DNA of 64,000 bases from Pocillopora damicornis (lineage: Eukaryota). Of the stretch, positions 49,701 through 63,853 are shown in pieces; positions within the stretch are counted from its first letter, which is position 1; each line of letters opens with the position of its first letter. The DNA is taken from assembly GCF_003704095.1 (NCBI RefSeq), contig NW_020846086.1:62001-126000 (forward strand). Reading direction: 5' to 3'. A model generated the notes under the pieces. It was not told where the DNA came from, did not search any database, and was given only the letters and a program-made list of their open reading frames with translations. Both the position numbers and the translations under genes were made by a program.

Positions 49701-52700
49701 GACAGTCGGGGATTTCAAGATATCGAGTTTTAATTTTTCGAAAAATCTGGGACGATCGGGAAATGGTGAAATCGCCGATAGTGTGGAATTTTCCAGACAA
49801 ACTTCCAAGATCTGATTGTTAATTTTCCCCTCTAGCTACAACAACTTTCCTTGTAGATTGGTTACGAGAATTTGCTGTTCGTTCAAGATAATATCTTGCA
49901 CTTGATAAGTTTGAGTATTCTCACTACCTGTTTGCTGGATAATGTATAGATACATAAGGGAGAGGTTACATGTTAATCACTTCTGAGAGTTCAAAAAGGT
50001 TCAAAAGGACAGAATAAAAGCGCTTCATAACACACCAGGAGAGGAGACATGACAGATAACAGGTCAGAGTTGTACGGCCCACCATGGCGGCTCTGTATGC
50101 AGGTGAGAATATCAGACCACAGCTTCTCAATCTGGAAAAAATGACATTGTGCTTAACACGCCACACCAAGAAAAAGCCAATCATCTCTCATAATCTTGAC
50201 TTGAATAAGAACTTTTAATGATTCACCTCTAACCATGATGGGTAAAAATGAAGAGGCAGCGTATAGGGTACATACATCGGTGCAAAAAAGTAAAGAATTA
50301 AACATGAAAATATCTGAAGTTCTACCCTACCTTTTGAATAAGTCTTGCAGAAAACAGCCTCTTGTCCAAAGAGCTTTCAGTGATTTTCGTGCTGCGTGAG
50401 AAAAAAAAATCACCACCTTTTGTACATGCAAATTAATAAATTTACTTATTTCCACGCAGTTCTTTCTTCGCAATTTCAAATTTGTAACTTCCTTAGGTCC
50501 CATTTGATCTCTTGTTTCCTCATTAAGGGTTTTTTGTGCAAGAAATAAACTGTGTGTTTTAAGTCATCTCACATACCAAGCATAACCATGACGATACGTG
50601 GCGATTGGGGTTATGGCATTACAGCCCTTGTTCATAAAGATGAAAACGTCTAACCATTGGTAAAGTAATCTTGAACACAAAAGAATCAATTTGGTTCAAA
50701 TGAGTGCTGGTCTTGACACTAGCTCAAACCTCCAACATCGTGCATACCAGTCCAACACTCTACCAGTTTTACTAAACAGGCAACAGTTTCAAAGCCTCCT
50801 TACACTTGCGCAAAGATCGATGATGTCTTTGGTAACACGCAGAAACGGAACCGCTCTGAGATTATAAAAATAGCATCATACACTGTTTTACCTTGTGTGC
50901 GCATTCTCTATGTAATGCACCAGAGCAGAGCTCAGAGTCTTCAGAACAGCAGTTATGGTCGCAGTTCCATCGATGTGAACAAACAGGTAAGACAGCTTGT
51001 CAATTAAGTTCGTAAGAGCAGCTGCTAGAATACCAAGGGCTTGGGTTGAATCCTAAGACGATAATATAATCAGTGCGTTACTAAAACTTTTAGTATATGA
51101 TTGGCTTTTTTAAGATTTAGTATGCGTAATTTTAAGGCGAGTTAGGTGCAACAGTTGTACTTTTTACGTCTTCTTTCATCATCAACTAATTATCTCAATA
51201 AAATTAAAACCTGGAGTAATGGGACGTTCCAGTAATCTGTAATTAAAAAAATTTGAGAGACATTTTCTGAGGTAATCAGCCCTCAGAGAGAGATATGAAT
51301 AAAGGCGTATCTTTCGGCCTGGAGCGCAGTTCATTAACCTTTTAAAATCTAATTTCTCACTACAATATCACTTCTGAATTACACATTAAGGTAATGAGAA
51401 TAAAGGAAATGGTCAGCAGGGAAGGAATCTTTTGATTGGAAAACAAATTCTCCTTGTCAGCACCTTAGGAAATATATAAAAACAGTGTGGAGAATATGCA
51501 TACTGATGTTAGGGTGTAAAAGGTTACCCATCGAGCTACTGTGTCTCCCATGCAGGCAACTTAACTATCAAGAGAAATAAAGGCTTCCAATTATTAATTT
51601 TATTCTGATTGGCCAAAAGCGTACGGTAAATTTTCGAAATAAGCGCCTCGGACGTCATCTAGCACCAGATTAAAAAACAATCATGTCAAGGACACTTAAG
51701 GTCATGGGTAATCATGCCATGTATAACCGCGGTGAATGTTTTCTAAGGGTATTCATGTCAAGTTCGCACGCTTTGTATTGCTTACAGATTCGTATATTTT
51801 TACAAGTTTGAAAATAAATTATCAGTTCCACTCACTTTGGTAACCAATTTGTTTTTCTTTCAATTTATAATAAAACAACTATTAGATTCATTTTCTCGGT
51901 AACGAAAATCAGAGCCTCAGCCTTCAGCTTCGGCTGATAACCCCTGCCTTGACCTTGATTATCCTGGATATTACAAAAACCTCATCAAATGATTGTTAAG
52001 AGTAAGGCGATGAGAACAATATTTCTCATTATTACCTTACTGTTCCTCGTTCTCTCACATGCAGACAGTAACTTGGCTACCACGCTAACCATGCTCGTCA
52101 TATTGCCCATGGGCCGTTGGAATCGTTTATTCCACTTAGTAGGGGTAGTGTTGGGTGACTTTCCTGATGCTGTGGTTGCCATGTCAAACAAACTTGGAGT
52201 TGAGAAATCAAGGCATTCTATAGCCACCACAATGAGACTGACAAGCGTGTCAACAAAAACGACGCCCTGAAATTTAACGAAAACAACTTCTATGAAGAAA
52301 GTACAAACATGTGATCATCAAAACATCCAATTTTGACTGATTAACATGTAAGGGAGCAAAACTGTACCTGAAATTAGGTAAAAATTGTCAGTTTTCTACA
52401 GAAATACAGCGGGAAAATAGAGAATTGCCATTATTAATACTAAGTTAAGTTAAAATTTTACCGTACAATTGTTCCACTGAAGAGCTCACCATACCTTAGA
52501 TTTCCAGTCACCCTCTATTGTAAGAATCTTTGCGCACAATTCTTCACAGCAAATGTTAGTTTCAGCCGTGGGAACAAGAGCAGCAGCGCGAGAAAAGGAA
52601 CGGTACAGCTGCACCAGAGTCCTGCCCACCTCTTTGCCGAGAGTCTGCACATGAGAGAAGCATCAAGGCAAAGGAATAAGGAAAAGTGATTCTACGGAAA

Positions 52701-55700
52701 CGGGTCTCCAAGTTTTCAAAATACTTACTAGCACAGCTGACAAGCATACCTGCGGTAAATCTGTATCCAAAAGATGTTTCACCGGAAATATTAGAGCCAA
52801 GTACAGAGTGCTGAAGTCATGTTCTAGGGCATCTCCTTGGTTGACATCATTCGTCTAGGATAAAAAGATTTAAACAATCAGACTATGAGCTTGAGATTTC
52901 TATCACGTGATAGTCAATGGGTGCGTGGCCAAAATCAACTAATGCACTGATCAATTCGAAAATTTATCGTCCCCAACAACCCCCCCCCCCCCCCCCCGTA
53001 ACCCACGGATCTTTCACCGTCGTCCATGCCCAGGGGGTAGGAAATTTGAACCTTGCCTGGATGGGGTGGGGAATTTGACGCATGGAATGCACGTGTTTTA
53101 ATTTCAAGTATGGAGGAGTTTAAAGGTCAAGAGTCCATTTTAACGAGGAAATGGCCTCGATATAAATTTTCACATCGTATAATGACTCTCACCAGCGAAA
53201 AAAACCAAGTCATATGAAAGCTCATATGACTTTGCTAAATTCTACAACACCGTTTACCACACAAAGAATGAAGCAATAAAAAATTGTGCGTGAGTGGGGC
53301 ATTGGAATATAATTTTTTCTGGGGAGGGAGAAATTGAAAACACCGATCTTCAACAGTTTAAATGCGCGGGAAAGGAAGGGATGAAGCTTCTAACTGATCG
53401 ATCCATATTCCCCATAGAAATCAAGAGCAAATATTTTCATTGCCAAACCTTTTGAATGTGTTCACTTAGGTGGTTAACAACGCAGCTCCACAGCCTCCAA
53501 AGAGTGTCTTTACCATTAACAGAACTATGAAAATTTAAAACAATTTAAAATATTTTAAGCATTTTCATCTCAGCAAGAGCAAAATAAAAAATGAAAAGAT
53601 CTTTGCAATAAATTACGTATCAGTTCGAATCATGTTAATGAACAAATCTCAAGGACTTCAATCTCAGTTGGTCAGAACTTTACACAAGGATCGTAAGATA
53701 ACATGTAAAAATCATGTTGATGTCCTATCTCTTTTGGGACGCTGTTCTTTTTAGCAGGTATCTCGGGACAAGTTTTAATCCTAGTTGTAATAATTAATTC
53801 CACAAATGCAGTTTTCACAAACCCTACACAATATATTTTGCGTATAAAATTCATAAGGCAAATAATTATCAAAAAGGTTCTCATACACCTTTCATTCAGT
53901 TCTAACATTGCACAGTACCTTGTTCCTTTTTTGAGGAGATTTAAAACAGTCTGCAAAAAGAACAACTGTCCAGAGGCTGCTATCATTCCACAATCAACAA
54001 GATGCTCAAATGCCAAATGAAATCTGTAAATAAAGCATGACGTTATTGTAATAAATGCTTATAAAACCTACAATCGATAATTAAGAGAATTATTCTCAAA
54101 CCTCTCATCCTGCCAGGTATTTTCTAGTAATTGTGGAGTGAATAAAAGTTGAATAAGGAGAAGAGTTGGTGATCCTTGCGGATTTTCTCTAGAATGAAGT
54201 GATGCCATGTGATGACTTAAAATTTCAGCAGGCAGCTTAGACAAAGCTTCAAGCATTTTCTGTTGTGGAAAAAATTAATGATGACAAAATTAATCAACAG
54301 TATAACCGTTTTCCCTCTTAGTATTAATCAAGAGTGCTTCTTAAAGGAGTATTGCAAAATCAAAACCAATGGGAGGCAACCACCAATGAAACAGAACAGA
54401 GTAGCAGTCCAATCTCCATTTGTCATGGAGGAGTGATAAAAGATTTGGCATCTTAATTTTCACCTTACGTGACAACCTGGGATTGGCTATCCTTTAAATG
54501 CTCTAAACTATCAAATAAGCATTTTCATGAAATATCCAATTATCCATTGTCTTCATAATTATGAAAATTTCCTTATGTTTCCTACAGCCAACAGGAAAGT
54601 AAATATTTATGGCACAAGCTACAGAACAAGCAAAGAATGGAAGGCAACTAGAGTACCAAGGGGGGAAGGGGTGTGTATACTTGACTGTTAATAAAAATTA
54701 TCAATGATTTCAGTGAAACTCACAAGCACTAAAGACGATGACATGAATGAACTGTCCACCAACTCCTGTGTAACAGCAAGAAGTGGAAGGAAAAATTCTC
54801 CACACTCTGACAATGGACCTTAAAATGAAAAATTGAATTGTGTTTTTTGTAGAGGAATGTTCTAGTACACAAACCTTCCAGAATTTTCTGTTGTTTACCC
54901 TGTTATGCTTAACTAATAAGCATAGTAGTGCATGTTGATTTACAAATAGGATATGATGTAATCATGTTCATTTAAGTGGAGCCCCTATCAAGCAATTATT
55001 GTTGTGTTTTCTATCAATAAATCTGTGTGTTGCAGACAACAAGAGATCACCACAAATTGTCAATAGATTACATAGGAGTGGAGTTGTGACATGAACCAGC
55101 GGAGTAGTGGCATTAACTTAAAGGAGTACCTTTTTCCAGGACTTCCTCAATTCTTTTAACAAGCAGGTTCCACACTCTGATACCCAAAGGTTCTACAAAA
55201 AAGAAATTACAAATATATTAGAAAAAATCGACCCACTCACTCCAACAAGTGAACAAAAATGAATTTATCCTTTCAATGTTAATAAATTTTCAAGCAGAAG
55301 GGTAAGGAGAGGTAAGAAAACTTTCAACTAAAGGATATTCTTTGACTGAAGATTAGATTCTCTCATCTAAAATTATAAGGAATGTTGGGAAAAAAGTAAT
55401 GAGGTTTGATATCTGAATCTTTAGAGAGAAAGAGTTCAACCAATGGCAAAGCATACAGTACACTTCTCATTTCTTAATCTATTTTATTTCATCTATAGCA
55501 ACAATTCACTGAAATAGAAGTGGCCAGTGGTGGATGTTTACTGAGCCATAAAGCAGTGAGATAAATATCCACTGCTAGCCACTTACACCAGGGTGAATAT
55601 CTGTTTGGGTATATACTAAGACAGTGAGATAGTACAGCACAAAAAGATGTCTTTAACTTATTTATTCCTACTATGATTACAATATTTTTGGGTGCAAATC

Positions 55701-57860
55701 CCACACCAGTTGCTCAGAAGTGAATAGCAAAGGATATTCAGAGTCTGAGTAACCAATCAGAATGTGCCTTCAATGCTATCCACTGTTTTAGTATATACTC
55801 AATTGATCTATCTATTTAGTGCCTGTAGCGGTGAATTGAATTATCAAATATGGGTTTGAAATTTTTTCCTAAATTTAATTATCAGTGATTCTTGTAAACA
55901 CGATTCTATCCCATGAATAAACACTTTTTGGTCCCATCATCAGTTACATTTACCTGCAAGATCTTTACCAAGAGCTTTGAAGACTTCCCTCACAGCACTT
56001 GTTAATAAGGAAGCATGTTTCTTAAACTCCTCTGGTTTTTTGAAAGTTACCATCTGCAATCTCTCACCTAAGATTAAAAAATTAAATTACAGTATTATAG
56101 TCTAAAGTCAAAACTTCAGAATCCAGTAGAAAATAATTGCAACAAAAGCAAGTTTCAATTAAATGTTAAGTGTCTCAAGTAGTGGGGGAATGCATGGCTT
56201 TGCTTCATTTTTCATGATGTTTTCTTTCTTTCATACCATATCTTAAGTTCTCAATGGTTCCATAAAATAATAAATCCCTTCATTCCAGGTTGTTAATTTA
56301 CTTTAGAAAATCACAGAAATTCTACAGCTACAATGTAGTATTCTGTTGTAAATTTTGTTGGCCTAAAGTAGGCTTCATGTAAAATAGAAGTGGAGAGCAT
56401 TTTCTAAGTGCTTAGTCCTTTTAAGACATATACCAATGAAAACCCTGCATTCTGACAGGCTATTGGCCACTTATAGTAAATTTTGTTTTTGTTTTTAAGG
56501 ATCTCAATCAATCAAGAAAACTATGCTAAAATTATCAACACCAGAAATTTCTTACTCAGTGAAACAATAAAATCAGAATTTGAACTAAATTCAGTGTCCT
56601 CTGTCTTCAACAATTCCATCAATATCTCACACCCTTGTACAAGAAGCTTTTGTTTCACTGGTTTGGCAAAGCTTGCATTTAACACAGTTGGTGTTCTTGG
56701 AGTTCCCATGTCTTTGAGGGATCTGCGGATACTTGATTTGGGTGTTTCTGCCATCATGTCTGACAAGAGTTTGTTGTTTGTTGGTGTTGGAGGGCATTTG
56801 AGGTCACTGAGTCCTTCCTTGGTCTTCAATGAGCTAACTTGATCAATGGCTGTGCCAAAGACAAACTGAAGAAGTGGAGTGCAAACCTAGGATAAAATAG
56901 AGTACAATGTAAATTTTTGTACATGTTTAATTTATGTTCAAGACTACATATCATTTTTAAAGTCAAAAAACAACCCTTGATCTAGTGATATCTACAAGTA
57001 CAATTCTATAGAGTAAAACTGTGGGAAAGGAAAAAATCCCTATTTCCTAGTGACCAAAGGGATACTCCACGCAAATATACGTACTTTTACCACTAGAGTG
57101 TTACATTACTACCTCACACCTGATAAAAACAGTGGCCACCAGAATAAATTTGACGAATGCACAGACTCATGACTTTACAACATCCACCAACCTGACAACT
57201 ATCTTTTAATGTCGGTGTTCCAAAAAAGTTATCATCAGTGGCCAAATGTTTGACCCTTTCATTCCAAAGATCTCATTAGCAATTCTCCTAAGTTTCTGTC
57301 TGCCATACAATTTTTATGATGTTGGGTTGGTAAATTTGGAATTGGATCAACTTATAATCCCATATTTGATATTTTTCTTTATTCTCATCACTTGTCTGCT
57401 TGATGTGTTATTGATAATGTAACAAGAAATTCTAGCTTGATCATTTAATTTTATGGTAGTTAAAGGGTTAAGGCACTGATCACCAAATTTTAGAAGAAAT
57501 AAGATCAGAGAGCACAATGAGAGAGAGCTACACTTCCCTATCATCTGATTGGCAGTATTTTGGAAGGCATAGTGTGATGATTAAAATTATACCTGATCAA
57601 ACAATTCTTGGACTTTTGGACCCAATGAACAGACAAAGTGCCACCAAGAGGAGAGTCTGGCAGCTTCAACTGCTTCATTTCTCTCCTTCACAGCAAGATT
57701 CTGGAAAGCAACATATATGGACAGTTAACAATTTTTTTTTAAAAAATCACAAATATTGTCATTTATTTTAAATTGCACATAATGTAACCACCCAGTGGAT
57801 CTATCAAATAAACCATTATTATTACCATTATTATTACCATTATTATTATTGTTATTGCAA

Positions 57861-57901
<41 letters not shown>

Positions 57902-60900
57902 GTGTCTCACTTTTATGGTTATATTCAGTTACATAGTATATAACAAGATCACAAAAGCAAGAGGCTATAAATTAAGTGAGAATTTTGCAGCACCATTTGA
58001 AAAAATTTGCAAAATGATGCCAAATGGATAAATGTTGGAAACGACAAAAGTGCAATGTTTTTGAAAGGTAATCTGGGTATTCCGTAATCAAATTATTTTA
58101 ATAAGTGACAGAAATAAATAACCAAATTCATCAAACCCCCTATGCCTTGCCTTACAGTGATGTTTTCTTGGATTTCCCAAAATCCTGAGGTCAAGGAAAC
58201 GTGACGTGAAAACTGCCCACAATTATTCTTTCCCAGATTGCTGAATGCATTTCTATGCTTTTATTCCAATAACCTTCCTCAAGACAGCTGTATATGGCAA
58301 TATATCCATTTTACACATTAATCGTGTCCAAGGCAGCCTTACAAATGACATCAGGTAAAAAAAAAACACACACAAACACACACACAACATACATCTACTG
58401 CTGTACATGCATGATAAAGAATTTGATGAGGAGAGAGTGATTTTTTTGGGGGGCAATATAGTCATTATCAATTTTAGAATGTCACATTTCAACTGTTCCG
58501 TCCAGGGTCACTTGTTACTGCTTGGCTGCTGTGGTTTGCAAATTGCAAAAAACCAAGAATCAAATTTTAGACATATTGACTCTATACGGGAATTTCAGTT
58601 CCACAAAGTGAGGAATCTTTTCTTACCCTTAAAGGAGTCAGAATAAGCTTGACCCTCTTTGGACTGCTGATGACATCTAGAAATAATCACACAAGAGAAA
58701 ATAAAGTAATGATTATCTCAGGTTTTGCCTTACCCTTTGCACCCTGAAATCAGTATGCAAGTTCTCTGTACTATTCCCTCTATATTTCCTATACTACTTT
58801 GAGAGAGAATTTGCCCTTGAATTAAAAGCTTCTTGAGGTTACAATCATTTTCTTGATTCTCATCAACTTACTGTTTGATTCAGTGGTGATACAGTTGAGT
58901 GAAATTCGATGCTTATTATTCAGAACAGTAAAGTAATAGTCAAGGAGAAGATGACAGAAAGAGTCGACCTCATGGCACCCCCCACTACATTTGAGGTTTG
59001 ATATCAGATTATGATAGCCTGACACCCAGAGATAATCACTACATTATAGTCATAACCACGAATTGTGGGGTCAGCGTTGGAAGTACCAATAATTATGTGT
59101 TCAGGAAATTTCAGCAATACACCCAGAAATACCCAACCAAATAAAATAACATTTAGAAGGGTGATGTAACTTGGCAGTTAGTTAATGTGGAATAACCATT
59201 GGTATGGGTTACCATGGCAACACTAGCTGAGGAAACCTAGAAAAAAAACCTGATTTTGTGAATATAGTCAAAAAGCTGAAAAGAACAAATGGCAAATATT
59301 ATTCACTCAAAAAAATACCTTACCATGGATCTTGCTTCATTTACAAAGGCAAAAGAAATCATTGGAAATAACCTGAAGGCTTTGAGGACATTAAGATTTT
59401 TTGGGAGAATTTCATGTTGAGAGAAGAACTCCCAGTTTTTGTCATAACCCACTGAAAGTTAATGAGTGCCAATCATCCGGTGAAAAGGTCACCATCATTA
59501 CTTTGTGTGTTGATCTGAGAGTCAGTAAGATCTGATGATAGCTGCCATTGTAAGGATTTTGTTGGTGGATCAGAGAGTCAAAAGAGCTCCTGATCACAAG
59601 AAGTTTATTTGTTTGGGGAGTCCTGAGCTCTGATAAGAGATCAGGGAGTCAATCAGCTCTGATGAGAGCTCCTGACCACAAGGAGTTTGTTGGTCAATTG
59701 GGGAGTCAATCAACTCTAATAAGGGCTCCTGATTGCAACAAGTTTGTTCTTTGATCAGGGAGTCAATCTACTCTGATAACAGCTTCTGATCACACGAATA
59801 TTGTAGGTTGGTTAAGAGCTTCAGATTGCAAGGAGTTTGTTGGACAATTGTGGTGTAAAAGCACTCTGATAAGAGCTCCTGATGGCAAGGAGTGTGGTGG
59901 TCAATCAGGGAGTCAAAGAGCTCTCATAAGAGCTCCTGACTGCAAGAACTTTAATGTTTGATCAGAGGGGCAACCAGCTCTGATAAGAGCTCCTGATCAC
60001 AATGAGTTTGTTGGTTGATTAGGGAGTCAATCAAATCTGATAAGAGCTCGAGATTGCAAGGAGTTTGTTGGGCAACTGTGGCATCAATGGGCTCTGATAA
60101 GAACTCCCAATTGCATGAGGTTTGTTGGTCGGTCAATCAAATCTGACAAGAGCTCCTGATGGCAAGGAGTTTGTTGGTCAATCAGGAAGGCAATGAGCTC
60201 TAATAAGAGCTCCTAGTTGCAAGAACCTTAATTATTGTTTGATCAGGGAGGCAACCAGCTCTGATAAGAGCTCCTGATCAAAATGCATTTGTGGGTTCAT
60301 TAAGGAGTCAATCAAATCTGATAAGAGCTCAAGATTGCAAGGAGTTTGTTGGGTAACTGTGGCATCAATGGGCTCTGATAAGAACTCCCAATTGCATGAG
60401 GTTTGTTGGTCAGTAAATCAAATCTGATAAGAGCATCAGATGGCAAGGAGTTTGTTGGTCAATCAGGAAGGCAATGAGCTTGGATAAGAGCTACTGATTG
60501 CAAGAAATTTATTGTTTGATCAGGGAGTCAATCAGCTCTGATAAGAGCTCCTGATCACAAGGAGTTTGTTTGTTGATTGAGGAGTCAATCATATCTAACA
60601 GGAGCTCCTGATGGCAAGGAGTTTGTTGGTCAATCAGGAAGTTAATGAGCTCTGATAAGAGCTCCTGACTGCAAGAGGTTTGTTGTTTGATCAGGGAGGC
60701 AATCAGCTCTGATAAGAGCTACCAATGACATGAGGTTTATCAGTCAATTGGGGAGTCAATGAGCTTCTATAAGAGCTCCACATTGCAGGAAGTGTTTTGT
60801 TTGATCAGGGAGTCAATCAGCTCTGATAAAAGCTCCTGATCACAAGGAATTTGTTGGTTAGTTGGGGAGTCAATCAAATCTGATAAGAGCTCCTGATGGC

Positions 60901-63853
60901 ATGGAGTTTGGTGGTCAATCAGGAGGGCAATGAGCTCTGATAAGAGCTCCTGACTGCAAGAAGTTTGTTGTTTGATTAGGGAGTCAATTAGCTCTGATAA
61001 GAGCTACCAATGAAATGAGGTTTATCAGTCAATTGGGGAGTCAATGAGCTCCTATAAGAGCTCCACAATTGCAGGAAGTGTCTTGATTGATTAGGGAGTC
61101 AATCAGCTCTGATAAGTGCTCCTGATCACAAGGAGTTTTTTAGTCAATTGGGGAGTCAATCAGCTCTGACAAGAGCTCCTGATGGCCAGTAGTTTGTTGG
61201 TCAATCAGGGAGTCAATGTTCTCTGAAGAGAGCTCCTGATTGCAATAACTTTTATTTTTGGATTAGGGAGTCAATCAGCTCTGATAAGAACTACTGATAA
61301 CAGGGAATTTTTGGTCGACTGTGGCGTCAATGAGCTCTGATAAGAGCTCCCAATTGCATGAATTTTATTGGTCAATTGGCTAGTCAATCAGCTTGCATCA
61401 AAGCTCCTGATTGCAGCAAGGAGATTGTTGGACAATTGCAGAGTCAATCAGCCCTGATAAGAGCTCCTGATTGGAAGGTTGCAAAGTCAATCAGCTCTGA
61501 AAAGAGCTACTGAATGTAAGAAGTTTGTTGGTCAATTGGGGAGTCTATCACAATTCCCTATTGCAAGAAGTTTGTGGGTTGATTGGGGAGTCAATTAGCT
61601 CTGATAAAAGCTTCTGATTGCAATAAGTTTGTTGGTCAATCAAGGAGTCAATGAGCTCTGAAAAGAGCTTTCAATTGCAAGGAGGCTGTTACGCAATTGA
61701 GGAATCAATAAGCTCTGATAAGAGCTCCTGACCACAAGAAGTTTGTTGGTAAATCAAAGTTAAAAAGCTCCTGATTGCAAGGATTTGTTTGGTCAATTGG
61801 GTAGTCAATGAGCTGATGTATGATTTGCCATCAATCAATCTAGTATAGGCTGACAAATATGGTGACGAAGTCAGAAGAGGGTTGTCCACTAGCTGTGAAG
61901 TGAAAAAATTAACTTCAGTCCCACCAGTACCCAAAAAAGGGAACAGCTTTATCTCAAATCCAATGAACAAGATGGACTTGAGAATTTTTGGAAGTCATAC
62001 TTGGACTAAGAACATCTGCCGTTTATTCTTTTCAACTGCAAATAGCAACAAAACAACAACTGATCCAAAACAATTATGAATGTTCTCTTATACAGCAAAT
62101 CGATAAGAAATAATTTAAATGGCATTTTCAAATATGTTTCACAAAAACCACATTTATCTTGGTTTCCTTATCAGCCATTGCCAATTGGTCACAGTTAAAC
62201 TATGCACAATTATCCCACATAAACCAACTGAAAAATAACTGCTCCTCCCCCACCCCACCCTCCACCCCCCACCTCTGCCAGAAAATAAAAGATTTGGTTG
62301 AGAAGTTCCCAAGATATTGCTGAAAAGTCTCTGAACATATGAAACTTCCAAGAGCACCATCACTCTTAGGAGTCAAAGAGTTAACCCTTTAACTCCCAAG
62401 AGTGATTAACATGTAACTTCTCCCTGTAATATCTAAACATTATCTGGCAAACAGGTCATGAGAATATTCAAACTTATCAAGTAGAAGTTGTTGTCTTGAT
62501 CTAACACCAAATTTTTGTAACTTATTTACAAGAAAATATGTGGCAGCCATAGGAGGGAATTGACAATCAGATCTTGGGAGTTAAAGGGTTAAATTTACCT
62601 GATGAGAGGGCAAAGTTGTCAATAAGGATATTCCAAGCGGAGAAGGACATAACCTGAATTTCAGTTGATGGATCTCGAAATCCCTAAAAGTAATATGACA
62701 ATTTAAATAATTAGCTGTCTTAAGACTTGACAAATATTGCTCAGTGCAACAAAAGAAAAAAATAAAGTTCTCATTGGAGTTAAATCCCAACAGGAAACAA
62801 AACAAAATTACTATACCTGCTCGACAAGCTTTAGTAAGTCATTAATCAAACCGCCTCCTCTGTGCAAGGTCTGCAGAGAACAAATAAGATGTTAAACAAA
62901 AAAATTGTTGATTAGCGCTGATATCTTGATAATTTTCTCAACTCACCCAACCTGCCTACCAAACCTAGATCATTCTTGGCAATGAATTTGTTAATTTTTT
63001 TGTATTAATAAGAAGTGTGTATTGAACTCAACAAACACAACTATAATTCACATGATTTAAAGATATACGTATACACGATTGTGCCCTGCCTTGCAGTACA
63101 TCTCAAAAGTACGTTGATCGTCTTAATTTGAAACTCTATTCTCATTTAAAAAAAAAAAAACTTTTGACAATCAAGGATACAAATTAGAGGATAGAGAATT
63201 GAGGATCAAGAAACAAGGATTCAGGATCAGGGATTAAGAATCAAGGATTGATAGCCCTACTGTATGTGTGCTTGGGCCATATTTTGTAAGACAGAACATT
63301 TTAATCACCTCTCCAAGAATTTGAACGATGCAACACCAACACTTGAGCACATATAATCCTTTCTTTTCTGAACACATTTTGGGAAACTCTTTCAACAAGC
63401 ACTGGAAATGAAGAAAAATGAACAAGACAGCTGTAAATCTGGCTCTTCATATGTCAAATGAAAGTTGAATATTTTTATACAGTATTAATTTTTACTATTA
63501 GAACTGAAGATTTTGCTGAAATCCAGGATATACTGAGTAATGACATCCATGGGATCCTGGCTAGAATTTACCTAGGAGAGGCTACCTCCTACAGGTGGCA
63601 CATATCTATTACCATTAGAGACACAGTGACTCTCATATTGTATTGCTATATATATACTTCAAACAAAAGAAGGGAAAGCATGTGGATTTAAAGGAATTAT
63701 GGATTGAATTATTTCTAATTTTCTTAGGAAGGAGTTCAAAAAATATCAACTTACTCCTTTCAGTAGAGGAAGAAGAATTTTTATCACTCTTTCTTGGGAG
63801 GACATCAAGTGTTCCAATCCAGCATACATCACCATTGATGCTCTCTCACACAC
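40743..63853 (-). CDS. RIF1: Telomere-associated / replication-timing regulator RIF1; multi-exon, 5' part extends beyond the right edge
   Basis: N-terminal HEAT-repeat exons: TLHRGGGLINDLLKLVEQ-GFR..AWNILIDNFAL (62.6-62.9 kb), DVISSPKRVKLILTPL (58.6 kb), WWHFVCSLGPKVQELFDQ-VCTPLLQ (56.9-57.7 kb). Large acidic disordered exon at 43.9-45.0 kb. PP1-docking GILKR..SPSPPGK|VRRVSFA. C-terminal CMFPDLVSCTVPVEQILP..WSRGMGHLVRAQNIHTIGNLSAL..LPIKSPKV..AL and LSSEEIFEAHHSL. Stop at 40743. Confidence 0.93.
45170..45335 (-). mobile_element. Decayed tRNA-derived SINE in a RIF1 intron
   Basis: Minus strand has A-box-like GTGGCGCGGAGATTTAGTGG and B-box GGATTCAAACCCC, then GTTGTACTTTTGGACAAGATGCTTAATTCT. Confidence 0.45.
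57812..57901. repeat. (AAT/ATT)n microsatellite
   Basis: Directly visible ATT array. Confidence 0.95.
59500..61815. repeat. 57-bp minisatellite (~40 units) with ~5-unit higher-order structure, in RIF1 intron ~58678-62597
   Basis: Approximate consensus GGGAGTCAATCAGCTCTGATAAGAGCTCCTGATTGCAAGGAGTTTGTTGGTCAATCA. GGGAGTC recurs at 59701 and 59758. Near-identical blocks at 60031/60312 and 60716/61001. Confidence 0.92.
62381..62592. mobile_element. piggyBac-like MITE flanked by TTAA; degenerate relatives at ~49056-49260, ~51334-51526 and ~57250-57471
   Basis: TTAA-CCCTTTAACTCCCAAGA ... TCTTGGGAGTTAAAGGG-TTAA is a perfect 17-bp TIR starting CCC with a TTAA target duplication. Confidence 0.85.

Noticed and set aside
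57725-58031. Poly-Asn and poly-Leu ORFs
   Set aside because: These are translations of the (AAT)n microsatellite.
59500-61815. CRISPR array
   Set aside because: The whole 57-bp unit repeats with no unique spacers, there are no cas genes, and the context is a eukaryotic intron.
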